Source: Paecilomyces variotii
Taxonomy: Eukaryota
DNA: 64,000 nt
Assembly: GCA_004022145.1 (NCBI GenBank)
Contig: RCNU01000009.1
Reading direction: 5' to 3' (one strand)
Shown piece after piece: positions 13,372 to 26,980 of the stretch. The notes beneath the pieces were generated by a model. That model saw only the letters and a list, made by a program, of their open reading frames with translations, ran no database searches and was not told the origin of the DNA. The first letter of the stretch is position 1. Every line of letters starts with the position of its first letter. The translations under genes and the position numbers were made by a program.

Positions 13372-15907
13372 ATGAATGGAATGCCCGGAGCCCCGTCGCT
13401 CTGGCAGGAGGCTCGTAACGCTGACGGAAGGGTTTATTACTACAATGTCCAAACGAAAGCGACACAATGGGCCAAGCCGCTCGAGTTGATGACGCCTGTC
13501 GAGGTTCGTCCGTCGCATTGCTTTTGTCAGTATCTATGATGGCTAACATCTAATTTTTTCTTTTACAGCGCGCGTTAGCGAACCAGCCATGGAAAGAATA
13601 CACTGCGGAGGGTGGGCGCAAATACTGGTACAACACAGAGACCAGGCAGAGCACATGGGAGATGCCTGAAGTTTACAAGACTGCTCTTGCACAGGTTCAG
13701 ACTCCTGCAGCGCCACCTGTAGCGTAAGTTCCTATCTATAATCTGTTGGCATTCGTCTTCTAACTTTTCTGCAGCGCCCCGACCTTCGTCGCCGGTGGTG
13801 CCAGCACCTATCCCTACCCTCAACAACGCGACCGCGATGACTACGACAGGGGTCCTGCTGACCGACGCGGTACTTATGGTATGGTAGACACAAACGGAAT
13901 GGCTGCTGCTGCCACTGCGGTAGGAACTCAACAGACAGATCCGGAGTACGGTTCGTTTGAAGAAGCCGAAAGCGCCTTCATGAAGTTACTGCGACGTAAC
14001 AACGTGCAGCCCGATTGGACCTGGGAGCAGGCGATGCGCGCAACGATCAAAGACCCACAGTACCGGGCGCTGAAAGATCCCAGGGACCGCAAGGCTGCAT
14101 TCGAGAAATATGTGGTCGAGGTTCGCGCTCAGGAAAAGGATAGAGCGAAAGAGAGGTTTGCTAAGCTCCGAGCGGACTTCAATACGATGCTGAAGAGTCA
14201 CCCGGAGATCAAGCACTATTCGCGATGGAAGACCATCCGGCCCATCATCGAAGGTGAGACCATCTTCCGGTCGACTAACGATGAAAACGAGAGACGCCAG
14301 CTCTTTGAAGAGTACATTGTCGAGCTCAGGAAAGCCCATATGGAGCAAGAGGCAGTGACTCGTAAGGCCGCAATGGACGAATTAGTCGCCATCCTGAAAG
14401 CTCTGAACCTGGAACCTTATACCAGGTGGGCTGAAGCGCAAGAGATGATTCAGTCAAATGAAAGGATCCAAAACGATGATAAGTTCAAGACCCTGAGCAA
14501 ATCAGACATTCTGACAGCTTTCGAGAACCATATCAAGGCCCTTGAACGCGCATTCAATGACGCGCGTCAGCAGCAAAAAGCGGCCAAGGCACGAAGAGAG
14601 CGCCATAACCGTGAAAGATTCATCGAACTCCTGCAAGAGCTTAGATCTCAGGGCAAGATTAAGGCTGGTAGTAAGTGGATGAACATTCACCCTTTGATTC
14701 AGGACGACCCTCGGTATGTAGCAATGCTGGGCCAGTCCGGATCTAGTCCACTTGATCTTTTCTGGGATATGGTGGAGGAAGAGGAACGGTCTCTACGAGG
14801 ACCGCGTAATGATGTGCTGGATGTTCTCGATGTGAGTTTTCTTCGTATCTGAAAAGTCAAAGCCAAGCCTATTACTGACACTTGCCGCAGGACAAACGCT
14901 ATGAGGTCACTCCGAAGACTACATTCGAAGAGTTCAATTCCATGATGAGCACTGATCGGCGTACAGCAAACATCGATCGAGATATCCTTCAGCTTATTTT
15001 CCAGCGCATCCAAGAGAAGGTCATCCGACGTAGCGAGGATGAGAAGCATGCAGCAGACCGTCACCAGCGGCGTGCCGTCGATGCCTTGCGTTCTCGCATC
15101 AAACATCTCGAACCACCTGTTCGACTCACCGATACTTGGGAACAAGTTCGGCCAAGAGTTGAAAAGACAGAGGAATACAAGGCCATTGAATCAGACGAAC
15201 TTCGTCAGACTGCATTCGACAAAGTCATTCGCCGTCTTAAGGAAAAGGAAGAAGACGTGGATAAGGAACGAGACCTGCGTGATCGAGACCGTGGCGGACG
15301 GCACGATCATTACGATCGTGACCACCGCAACGGTCAATCATATAGAAGGGAAAGAAGAGCGGCTTCTAGCCGTCTCAGCCGTACCCCTGAGCCTGACGCG
15401 TACGAAGCTGACCGTCGGAAAGCCCAGGCGGATCGGGAGAAATCCTACCGGAAGACCAGTGGGCTTTCTCCCATCCGTGACAGGCGCGAAGATCGTGATC
15501 GTGACCGCGAAAGGGACAGGGACCGCTACCGTGAGCGTGAGCGCGACCGAGACAGACGACCCCTTAGCCACTACGAACGAGAACGCCGCGACCGCGAAGA
15601 GGAGCGGGAGAGGCTATACCGCACGCGCGGAGATCCTCGTGGCAGCCGGGACGAGTTAGATTACGGTGACTCTCGCAGCACGGTAAGTAATAATGACCGC
15701 CGTCGCCGTCGTGACAGTGACGCCGAAAGCGCCACAAGTCGCGGTGCCAAACGGTACAGGCGTGACAGTCGGGAAAGAGATCGCAGCAGAGGCGCCAGGA
15801 AAGACCGCGATCGTGCTCGCGACCGGGCGTCTGCAGAGGCGGAGGCCAAGAAGGAAGAGAAAGCAGTGCATTCTGGAAGCGAGGAGGGAGAGATCGAGGA
15901 AGACTAA
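13372..15907 (+). CDS. PRP40: U1 snRNP-associated WW/FF-domain splicing factor Prp40
   Basis: Two WW domains ([52 protein letters not shown]), repeated FF domains, and an R/D/E/S-rich tail ending EEGEIEED. Three introns. Confidence 0.95.
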
Positions 15908-16551
15908 AAGTCGTGGGCAAAAGCTGTACGAATAGCGAAGAAGGAATGACCAGCCAGCAGGGCCCGGTCGGAGGATGGCTGATAAAGTCCCTCGTAAGTG
16001 TAAACTTCTTCTGATCTTACATATAATGATAAATGTAGATTTTCCCATACCATCATCCTTCACCATACTACTAAATGCCATGGCAAGTAATTCCGTATCG
16101 TATTAGTGATTCTACTCTAAGAGTGATTTATGACAATAGCAAACCTTATTATGCTATACTTTCTATGACTCTACCCTCTGTTCTTGAGTCTTCTTTGACT
16201 TCCCCGTCAGGAATATATATATATAAGCGCCACTCCCACCCTCTCTCCCTTCATATCCTCATCTATCCACATGTGCTGAATATAGACAACACGACAAATC
16301 TCAATACCATCACACTCTGCCCCTCCTCTGGTTACTAATAGCAGTGCATGGTCTACTCTGCCATTATTAAGTCAGAAATCAGTGATTCTTGCTACGAACC
16401 CAGCCCATTTCAGCGAAAGTATTACACATAAACTCAACTCGGAGCAGGTCATTGAACCATTATTTGATTATCGTGCACTCCCGTGTATCAGTTGAAGACA
16501 AATTCTACTTTATTCATTTGATGGTTTCAAGAACTCCAAGTAATTATCTCG

Positions 16552-16666
16552 TTGCCACTTGCGCGTTTCTGGGCGTCGAGATGCAGTAAGCTGAGTGATG
16601 GCGGTACTTAAGGGTACTGCCACTTGGCAGCACATCTGGCGGACTGGGAGTCGCGCAAGACGGTAA
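16552..16666 (+). other. Long imperfect hairpin (candidate structured RNA)
   Basis: Nested complementary blocks closing on a 6-nt loop (see findings). About 42 pairs by hand count, several of them G-U. Confidence 0.5.
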
Positions 16667-17533
16667 GTGCAGCACGTTCATGTGGGATCATGTAAGTAAG
16701 TGGGTACCAGATTTACTAATGGAGAGATATAACATGAAACTTTTGGGCTAGAGACTCTATTTTGACGATTTCTATATTTCGATAATGTGTATAATATTTT
16801 TGACACGATTTCTCACCGTGACTGGCACGCATATCCCAGGAAACTTCAAGCTCATGGAAGACCCGATCAAGAAACACACAAAATCAACAGAAAGAACGAC
16901 TATGAGGCAAGGGCGCACAGAATCCATGTAGAAGATTGCAAGTCTCTGCCCGCCATTTCAATCGATTCCTGGGAATGCTGCACGGCAGTGGCCACCTAAC
17001 TTGACCCGTCCCATCTCTATAGCTGCGGCGTCCTCATGGATGATTTGACGCTCAGCTTGTGTCGTACCTTCACTCGATAACGACAAGTCCACTGATTCCC
17101 GGTATGTCATATGCATGAAGGTGGGCCTCCACACTAGACACTGCCGTGGCATGAGACATGAGACTGATGCCGTAGTTGGAGACATGAGCGATAGTCGAAT
17201 CAGAGAACGTGGAGGCGGCACAGCAAGGAATGCACATCATCGACGGCAAAGAACGGACAACTTAACGTCAGCTAAATCGAATGGTGACAGGAGGTCGACC
17301 ACTGCCAACGCCAAAGGTCCTCCTCATCGTCGTCTTCACCGTCACAGCACTCATCTTCGGAGAGACCCATGCAACGGTGTCCCCTGCCTCGAGCAACAAC
17401 GCCTTTACCAACGCCAGAAAATGCTACCAACCAAACGCCTTTTTTCGTGCCGCGGTATCGTCGTCGTCGCTTGTGAGAATCGCGATCGTCACGCCTGTAG
17501 CGGTCGCGATGGTGCCTGCCATGGACGCCCTTT

Positions 17534-19779
17534 TCAACTCTCCTCCTCCAGGAAGAACTATGGAACCGATGTTAGTATATAGTCTAGATTAATGGGGCCG
17601 AGCTATCCGTTTTTATGTTGATGAACTTACGTAGCTTCCACTCAACTTCTGCTCCTGGTCCAGCTGAGACTGGTACTTGTTGATACGAGGACGGTAACTG
17701 TTCGGATCACGACGGAAGGTGACATCCAGGTTCTTGAGGAAACGGTTGCAACCAGTCAAGAGAGATTCCGGGGGGTTCGCACAGGCATCCCTAGATGGTT
17801 GACCGTCGAAGACAATGACACGATCGGCAAGGTAAGTGGCCATGATGAAGTCGTGTTCGACAATGAATGCAGTCTTCTTGGTGTGCATGATGAAGCGCTT
17901 GATGACACGAGCAGCGATAATACGTTGCTCAGAGTCGAGATAGGCACTGGGCTCGTCAATAACGTAGATATCAGCAGGGATACCGAGAGCCAAGACAATA
18001 GCCACACGCTGCAATTCACCACCAGACAGGTTCTGAACCTCCTGGTCAATGAAGTCGTCAATCTTGAGAGGCTTGTAGACGTCAGTCTGGAATTGTGGGG
18101 AGAGGAAGGCAGCCTTGATACGCTTGAAGAACAGCTGGCGCACGGTTCCTTGGAACTTGGGAGTGATCTTCTGGGGCTTCATGCTGATGTTCATACGAGG
18201 CACAGACATGTTGCCGTCCGGCTTCTCAGCACCAGCCAGCATCTTACAGAAAGTGGTCTTTCCAGTTCCATTCTCACCCATCATGACAATGATCTCGGAG
18301 TCAGTGAACCTTCCAGGCTCGACCTTGAGATGGAAGTTGCCCAAAGTCTTCTCCATAGCAGGGTAGGCGAAAGCACGGGCCTTGTCAGCCATGAAGTCAT
18401 CTCCCGCCTCGGCGATACGGAAGGTGAGAGATTCCTCTCGGAATCGCAAGTTCTCGGTAGGAATATGGCCGTCCAAGAAGATGTTGATACCTTCACGGAC
18501 GGATGCAGGGAGGGTCACGACACCATACACTGCGGGTCTACCGTAGAGAACGCAGACAAAGTCGGACAGATAGTCCAGAACAGACAAGTCGTGTTCGACG
18601 ACGATGACATAGTCGTCAGGTCGCAGCAGTTCACGGATAGTACGGGCCGCACTCAAACGCTGCTTAACATCCAGATAAGAAGATGGCTCGTCAAACATAT
18701 ACCTGGTAGACATTAGAAGACGAGCACACAACAGTGGTGGACCGGTTGTTATATACTTACACATCGGCCTTCTGGACGCAAACCAGACCAATAGCAAAGC
18801 GCTGGAGTTCTCCTCCGGAAAGCAAAGCAATCTCACGGTCCTCGACCTGCTCGAGCTCTGCGCAAATTATCAGTACCGAGCCATTTATGAGAAAGATGGG
18901 ATCTATGCATACCAAGAACTTTCATGATGTGCTCCATGTTGTCCATCTGGGAACGGGCCTTGATGAGAGGGCCCACGGTGTTGACAGGTCCCTTCACAGC
19001 TCTGGGAATCTGGTCGACGTACTGAGGCTTGACCACAGCCTTCAGGTTATCCTCCAAGACCTTGGTGAAGTAGTCTACAGAATATTAGTGTCCGCATTAG
19101 AGCCGAAATCGATCCTAAGGAGACCTACTCTGCAGCTCAGAACCACGGAAATACTTGAGGATCTCCTCCCAATCCGGGGGGTTATCATATCGTCCAAGGT
19201 TTGGCTTGAGCTTTCCACTAAGAATCTTAAGAGCAGTACTCTTGCCAATACCGTTGGTTCCCACCAGACCCAGGACCTGACCCGGACGGGGCATGGGCAA
19301 CCGATGAAGCTTGAAACTGTTGGCCGAGTAGCGGTGCGTCACCTGGGTTTCAAGGTTGGTGGGCAGGTTGATGATGTGAATAGCGCCAAAGGGACATTTC
19401 TTCGGGCAGATACCGCATCCGATACACAGCCGTTCCGAAATGAAAGCGATCTTGGACTCAGGGGTGACTTCGATACAGAGCTTGCCTGTACGGACCACAG
19501 GACAAGACTTCTTGCACTCTTGCCGACATTTCTATGACCGTCAGCGAACAAGGTTCCACTTGACTCAATATCCTAAGACGTACCTTCGGTTTGCACTGTA
19601 TACGGCGAAAAAGGGTCGAGTTAGCACTGTATGGCGGAGAACCGTGCCTGCGGGGTTCGAGCGGGCAGTAAACACACCTTGTCACTGTTGACAATAGCAA
19701 CTCTGGTAAAACACGTTAATTGAGGCACTATTTCTATAACTCTTATTAGGAGTGCATACCTTGTGAGCTTGTCCGACAT
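17534..19779 (-). CDS. RLI1: ABCE1/Rli1 Fe-S ABC ATPase, ribosome recycling factor
   Basis: [50 protein letters not shown], two Walker A motifs ([16 protein letters not shown]) and two LSGGELQR signatures. The last exon FFLEEES* is at 17557-17534. Confidence 0.98.
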
Positions 19780-20502
19780 GTTGAATTACAACAGTGTTGG
19801 AAAAGCGAGGCAAAAAACGGGTATGGTTATAGTTTTGCAGCCCAGTGCGCCTTAAAAAGTACGTCAAGGGACGTCTGAAAGCCTCTGACTCTGGGATCGC
19901 GGTAGTCGCTCAGCAGGCAATATGGCACAGTGGGTATCTGTGCAGAGCACCGTTGAGACCTGCTAACGAAGCTGTTTGCAGGAACGAACTGGACGTCTAG
20001 AGGGGGAGGGGCGCCAAAGAAAAGCCGGCGAGGGAATTGTGGGATGCGGCAGGCCCCAGGCCGCAATTGCGCGCTGTAGGGCTCTGAACGAACAAGGGCC
20101 TGAGGCAGGAATAGCAAGCAGGATTGGGTGTGTCCTGATTGGCGGATGGCTGATGTGCCGGAACTTCTGTCGGGCCGGACTGTCCTTGACTCCTCAGGCA
20201 TCAAGGGTTCCTTCGGGTCAGGTGATGTTGCTGACCGCTAAACCCGATGGGTAACACCGTGTGGGCGCCTTAGATGCCTCATTGCTCAGGCAGTGACAGC
20301 CAGCGCCCCGGTTCTTCACTGCGACTCGCTCTCCGACCACCACCACCACTGACAACTCTCTTCTCGCTCTTACTCCCTCATCTTTCTCAGGTCGTCTATC
20401 CTCATACCTCCCAACTCCACCACCAACACCACCACCCTTATCCTCTTTGATTCAGCCACCATTGCGTCCCTTTAGTATTGGCCGTCTCGGGGCCACCAAG
20501 CT

Positions 20503-23500
20503 ATGGACTGTAAGTGTCTTGTGTTCGCTCTGTAGCTATCCTAGACGCGTGCCTGTGTGTCCGGCCGGGGTACTTCTCCACGCTTCTCGACCCACCGGGA
20601 CACAGGACCTTCCTGTTGCTTCTCGGTCTGCGAGCTCTCTCTAGGTCGTTAATGTGACCTTTGGATTGCGCTGTTTCTCTCGCATCTGCTCTGGCGGCAG
20701 AATTTTCTCTCGCGGTGGCCCTCATCCTTCCATCATCATTATCCATCTCGTCCATCAGAGCATCATCAAAAAACATCTCGATTCATCTCATGAACCTCTC
20801 CTGCTGCCTCCTATGTTCCATTCCGCCTCTATAGGGTATTTTCTGGGTCGCATATCTATCCTCTACCTCGTCCACTGCTTTACACCGCGTTCTCAGCCCT
20901 CCTTAGCCTTCAATGCTGACCGTTCCCGTCGATAGCCACTAGCATGGTGCTCCCCTCGGCCTCCAGACCCTCCTCGATGACTGCCGTTCCTAATGGTCAC
21001 TCCCTGTCATCAACGATGAATGGTGCACAGGACAGGGATCCCACAATGGTCGCGAGTGACAGCGAATTGTCAGATACTTCCGACGACCGCGCCTCCTCGG
21101 AGTCTGCAGAGGAGGACGACGTCGCAGACGAGACTTACGATGCTCGAAGTCCTGATCCGGTTGACAGTGACGGCGATTCGCCAATCCAGGATGGAGACGA
21201 GCCCCAAGAGCATTCAAGCCCTGAAAACTCTGCGTCTTCAACATCCGGCCACGGTAGAAAGCGGAAGTCATCGGCAGTCGATGAAACGGAGTTCATGCGG
21301 CAGAATCCGGACCTCTATGGTCTGCGTCGGAGCGGACGAGCTCGTACAACGCGTCAGGTTGCTCATTCAGTGTCTGATTCAGACTCAGACGATGTGGCAC
21401 CGCGTACCAAGCGGCGTCGTCGTGTCGTGTCGGAGCAGTCGTCGAAGATCCCTTCCCGTTCTGCTACCCAATCGTCCTTTTCCGAGTCAGATAGCGATGA
21501 GTATGGCGGACCTCGTGCTCGTGCAAACCGAACTAGACGGCGTCGTTTGACGCAGACTGCCTCCAGCCGTGAACCAACACATGCGGAAGTCCGTTTCTCT
21601 ACAAGAAACGCTTCTCGCGTCTCCAATTATAATGAAGACGATGACGATGACGACTTATTGGAAGATGATCCGGAAGATATGACACAAAACTACTGGGTCA
21701 ATGCGGAAGAGGACGATCGTCCTGCCGTTGATTTGGTACTCAACCATCGTTTTAAGGAAGGCGTCAACCCTAGAGAATCGAAAGTCAGCCGTCACGACTG
21801 TGAGTTTTACATAAAGTGGCAGGGGAAGTCCCATTACCACGCAACGTGGGAGACAATCGACAGTCTAGCCAACTGTCGAAGCACACGTCGTGTTGACAAC
21901 TACATTCGCAAAGTCGTCGAGGAAGAATTGAGACTTATCAATTATGAGGATATCGCTCCCGAGGATAAAGAGAAATGGAACCTCGACCGCGAGCGGGATG
22001 CTGAAGCGATTGAGGACTACAAGAAGGTCGAAAGGGTCATCGGAATGCGGAAAGGTGAAGACGGCGGAACAGAGTATTTCGTCAAATGGAAGCGTCTCTT
22101 CTACGATTCATGTACTTGGGAGAGCGAAGAACTTGTGAGCAAGATTGCTCAGCGTGAAATCGATCGGTATCTGGACCGTTCATCCCACCCTCCCATATCC
22201 AGCAAGACAGAATCCAACCCCGCCACCCGGAAACCTTTCGAGACCATCAAGTCGACGCCAAGTTTCTTGCACAATGGTGAACTGAAGGAGTTCCAGATCA
22301 AGGGTCTCAATTTCATGGCTTTCAACTGGGTCCGGAATCGGAACGTCGTCCTCGCAGACGAGATGGGTCTTGGTAAAACTGTTCAGACAGTGGCCTTCAT
22401 CAACTGGTTGCGTCATGTGCGGCACCAGCAGGGACCTTTCGTCGTCGTAGTGCCACTGTCCACAATGCCCTCCTGGGCCGAGACCTTCGACAACTGGTCT
22501 CCTGATCTTAACTATGTGGTATACAACGGCAACGAAGCGGCTCGCAACGTTATCAAAGAATATGAGCTCCTGATTGACGGAAACCCTAAGCGCCCTAAGT
22601 TCAATGTCCTCCTAACAACGTACGAGTACGTCCTGTTGGACTCTTCATTCCTGAGCCAGCTCAAGTGGCAGTTCCTCGCTGTCGATGAGGCACACCGCCT
22701 GAAGAACCGCGACTCGCAGCTTTATGCCAAGCTGTTGGAATTTAGGTCTCCCGCTAGATTGCTCATTACCGGTACACCCATCCAGAACAATCTCGCTGAG
22801 TTGTCGGCTTTGATGGATTTCCTGAATCCCGGCTTGGTGGAAATCGATGCCGATATGGACCTCAACTCTGAGGCTGCTTCTCACAAGATCGCGCAGCTCA
22901 CGAAAGCTATCCAACCTTATATGCTACGCCGTACGAAATCCAAGGTTGAAACTGATCTTCCTCCCAAGACAGAGAAAATCATCCGTGTCGAGCTGTCCGA
23001 CGTCCAGTTGGAATACTACAAGAACATCCTCACAAAGAATTATGCAGCGCTGAACGAAGGGTCCAAGGGCCAAAAGCAGTCGTTGCTGAACATTATGATG
23101 GAGCTTAAGAAGGCGAGCAATCATCCTTTCATGTTTCCTAATGCCGAAGCTAGGATTCTTGAAGGCAGCACTCGCCGTGAGGATGTGCTAAGGGCTATGA
23201 TTACGAGCAGCGGAAAGATGATGCTTCTCGACCAACTCTTGGCCAAGTTGAAGCGCGACGGGCACCGAGTCTTGATTTTCAGTCAAATGGTCAAAATGCT
23301 TGATATCCTTGGGGATTACATGGAGTACAGGGGCTATTCCTACCAGCGTCTGGATGGAACCATCGCTGCGGGGCCTCGACGTCTCGCTATCGAGCATTTC
23401 AACGCTCCTGACAGCAACGACTTCGCCTTCATTCTTTCAACTAGAGCTGGTGGACTCGGAATCAACCTGATGACTGCGGATACTGTAGTTCTGTTCGACT

Positions 23501-25531
23501 CTGACTGGAATCCTCAAGCTGACTTGCAAGCAATGGCTCGAGCCCACCGTATCGGTCAGACCAAGCCTGTCAGCGTTTACCGACTTGTGTCGAAGGACAC
23601 GGTGGAGGAAGAAGTCTTGGAACGAGCGCGGAATAAGCTCCTTCTTGAATTTATCACCATCCAGAGGGGTGTCACGGATAAGGAAGCGTCGGAGATTCAG
23701 AGCAAGATGGCTCGCGGCGGTATCTCTGTTGGAGAACCGGTTGCAACTGACGATATTTCCCGGATACTCAAGCGTCGTGGCCAGAAGATGTTCGAGCAGA
23801 CGGATAACCAGAAGAAGTTGGAGCAGCTTGATATTGATTCCGTTCTGGCCAATGCTGAATTGCACCAGACGGAGCAAGCGGAAGGTATTCAGGCAGATGG
23901 TGGCGAAGAGTTCCTGAAGGCGTTCAATTTTGTAGATATCAAAGTTGACGACCTGAGCTGGGATGACATTATCCCGAAGGAACAACTCGAGGAAATCAAA
24001 GCAGAAGAGAAGCGCAAGGCTGATGAGCGCTATCTTGCTGAAGTCATCGAACAGAACCGGCCGCGCAAGCGTAATGCCCCTACCGAGGAGGCACCAGATA
24101 GTCGTGAAGAACGTACAGCGAAGCGCCGGGCGCGAGCACAGGTCAATGTCGATGCCGCTGATATGTCCGATACTAATAACTCTCTTGATCCTAAACGTCC
24201 TCTTGTCGAAAAGGAATACCGTCATCTCCTTCGCGCCTTCTTGAGATATGGTGCGATTGAGGACCGTGAGGAAGAAGTCATCCGCGAAGCCAGACTTATA
24301 GGCCGTGATAGGGATACTGTGAAGGCTGCTCTTCGTGAGATCACTGGCAAGGCTGCGGCATTGGTGAGGGAAGACACCGAAAAGCTGGAGGCCTTGGAGC
24401 AAGAAGGAAAGATTCCGACAAAGAAGGAGAAGAAAGCCGTCCTCTTTGATCTTCACGGTGTTAAGCGCCTGAATGCGTGGACCATTGTCGAGCGCCCTGG
24501 TGAGATGCGCATGCTACGACAACTTACGTCTGCTCTTCCTGATCCTAAGAATTTCCGTATACCCGAGGCAACAAAAGGCGCAGACTACACCTGCGAATGG
24601 GGCGCACGCGAAGACGGCATGCTGTGTGTTGGCATCGCCCGCCATGGCTATGGTGCTTGGGCACAAATCCGTGACGACCCAGATCTGGCGCTCTCCGACA
24701 AGTTCTTTTTAGAAGAGCACCGCGTGGACAAGAAGAGCGAACGCCAGAATGGCGAGAAGACTACCAAGTCTCCCGGTGCGGTCCATCTTGTACGTCGGGC
24801 TGACTATCTCCTCTCCGTGCTCAAGGACAAGTTGAGCAATGGCACTAGCCTAGCAGCTAAGCGGGCTGTCGAGAACCATCACCGCAACAACAAGAAGAAT
24901 GGGATGCGTCACCAACATAGTGGTAGTATGTCGGCGTCGCCTGCACCTCCTAGTGGTCGAAAGGGCGCTAGAGAACATGAGAAATCGCGACACCGTTCTC
25001 AAACCCACGGAATTCGAGATAGTATGGAACGACCGAACACTCCCAGGAGCGATGCCCGCCCCAGATCTGGATCTGATGCAGAGCGGGTTCGTAAGAGAGC
25101 CACAAATGGGTCGGCTGAAGAAATGCGTCATCGCAAGAGTGACGACAATGGCTCTTCCAGCCAGGATGATATGTTTCGCATGCTCTTCAAGCCCATCCGA
25201 GACAAGTTGAAGCGGATGGCAGGTGTTACAAAGGAAAACTATCCCAGCAAGGCTGAACGTGCCTTGCAGCTCAAGAACCTGCTGCGCTCAGTTGGCGATT
25301 TCATCGCCAAAACGCTGGAAGGGGAATCCATGGCTTCTCTCGAGGACCGTCTCTGGTATGTGAATTACTTTCTTGTTTTGAATCCCACGAGGACATGTAT
25401 ATCTAACTGTCAGTGATAGGGGTTACGTCGCCGAGAAATACTGGCCCAACAAGGAAGTTGGGACCGACAAAATTCGGGATATGTACCGAAAGGTGGCCGC
25501 TGCTGAGAAGGCCCCCGCGAACGGGGCCTAG
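20503..25531 (+). CDS. CHD1: Chromodomain-helicase-DNA-binding remodeler Chd1 (Hrp1/Hrp3-like)
   Basis: Double chromodomain (IKWQGKSHYHATWE; YFVKWKRLFYDSCTWE) and Snf2 motifs ADEMGLGKT, DEAH, QAMARAHRIGQ. A probable 7-nt first exon at 20503-20509 splices in frame to 20936; the alternative start is 20944. The last exon is 25420-25531. Confidence 0.96.
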
Positions 25532-26980
25532 AGCCCCGTCTCGTGATGGCGGTCTTCCTGCAGTGGCCAAGAAATAATTTTGTGATATATGCTTTGTCCT
25601 TCCTTTCAATTGTAAGCATTTGTGGAGCCATGTCCCCTCTGGAGGGTATCGGCATATTTTCTCATTGATTTGAATTTTACTTGGAGTTTCGAGGCGGCAC
25701 ATATCCTTGTATGATTGCATGGCGGCGGCGCAAGGTTGTTGGGTACAGAACATCTGGCGGCTATCACCAGTGGGCATGATGTGTGTGGATGACCCATCTT
25801 GCATGGTTTTGTTTCTTTTCGTCTTGCCCTTGACCCCTTCGCCGAAGTCGGGTCTTCGGTTTATTTTGTGTACGGGTGGACCCGCCCTTTCATGGGCAAG
25901 GGTCCCCGTTGTTCTTTTTCCCGGTCTTCTCTACTTCTGTCGTTTAGACAGCTCTCTGGTGGTGTCTCCAACTCATGGAGCGTGAATGGCAACATCTTGG
26001 CAGGGCACACTCCTACGGCGTCTTATCCTAGTTTTGTTTAGCTTCTTTGTTCCCTTAGCATACCCATTGGGAGCAATTCGGGGACAAGGAGGGTTTAAAA
26101 TGTGTCATGGAATTTGTTATTTTCTCGAAAAAAAAGGAGTTGCACACGCCGTGTCATATGCCTGGCTGGGATGCCTTGTTCTGAAGCATACGCAAAAGTG
26201 GACATTTAATGCCTATCTGGTCTTTGCTGCGAGAGATACCAAGTACGAAACAAAATTCTAAGATCCTTTCTCAGATCATCTACGTAGAAGTAAATTACTA
26301 GTAGGCTTTTGCCTGTCACTGTGGTCATTGTTATTACTGATTCCACCTTGTCTCCTAGGACGAACAGTGCCGTAAGACCTCGAGATAGATGTACGTTTTG
26401 TTCCGCAAGGCCCATTTTCCTCTGTATCTACTGAAAAGGTCTCTAGATCCTCGAAACGTCAAGCGCTCCTGTTGTCTTCCAAAGTGATCTGAAGCTGGAC
26501 CTTAGCTTCATCTATTGGTTATTAGTTATTTTCCTGGTACTTGTAAAGGAAATAGAGTGAGCTGCCTAGGTATCAAGGACAGTCAATCTGGCGAGTTTCT
26601 AATTGAAATGCTATGTTTGTCATTTCAGATATCTCCGACTAAGGTATGCAGATAGGATGAAGATGAAGAAACTGCACCATTTTTTCAGACAAGATGGGTA
26701 AAAAAAAAGTATAAAAAAAAAAAAAAGATACATATATGGATTCCAACCCCGCACCGAGCATAAATAGCCATGTACCCGTACATTGAAGAGAGAAAGGGGC
26801 GAAAAAAGGAAAAGGGGAAGAAAAAGGGAAAAAAAGGAGAAAAGGCAGAGCCAATCCGGATAAATTAGCCATGTGATCACAGCACCGCTGCGAGGAAAGG
26901 AACACTGTACGCCTGATTGAAATACAAGGTTTCGGAGGAAGGAGTTGATGCATTAGGTTGTAGATTGTAGGCATATTGCC

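Noticed and set aside
15907-17534. Telomerase RNA as the explanation of the intergenic hairpin
   Set aside because: No TAACCCTAA-type template was seen on either strand, and the space upstream of the splice-like signals is short.
19630-19670. B-box-like GGTTCGAG inside a RLI1 intron
   Set aside because: No cloverleaf or matching A-box; a chance match.
26690-26850. Poly-A/purine tracts giving F/L-rich ORFs (also 1557-1857)
   Set aside because: Low-complexity U-rich 3' UTRs of IEC1 and IML2, not coding sequence.
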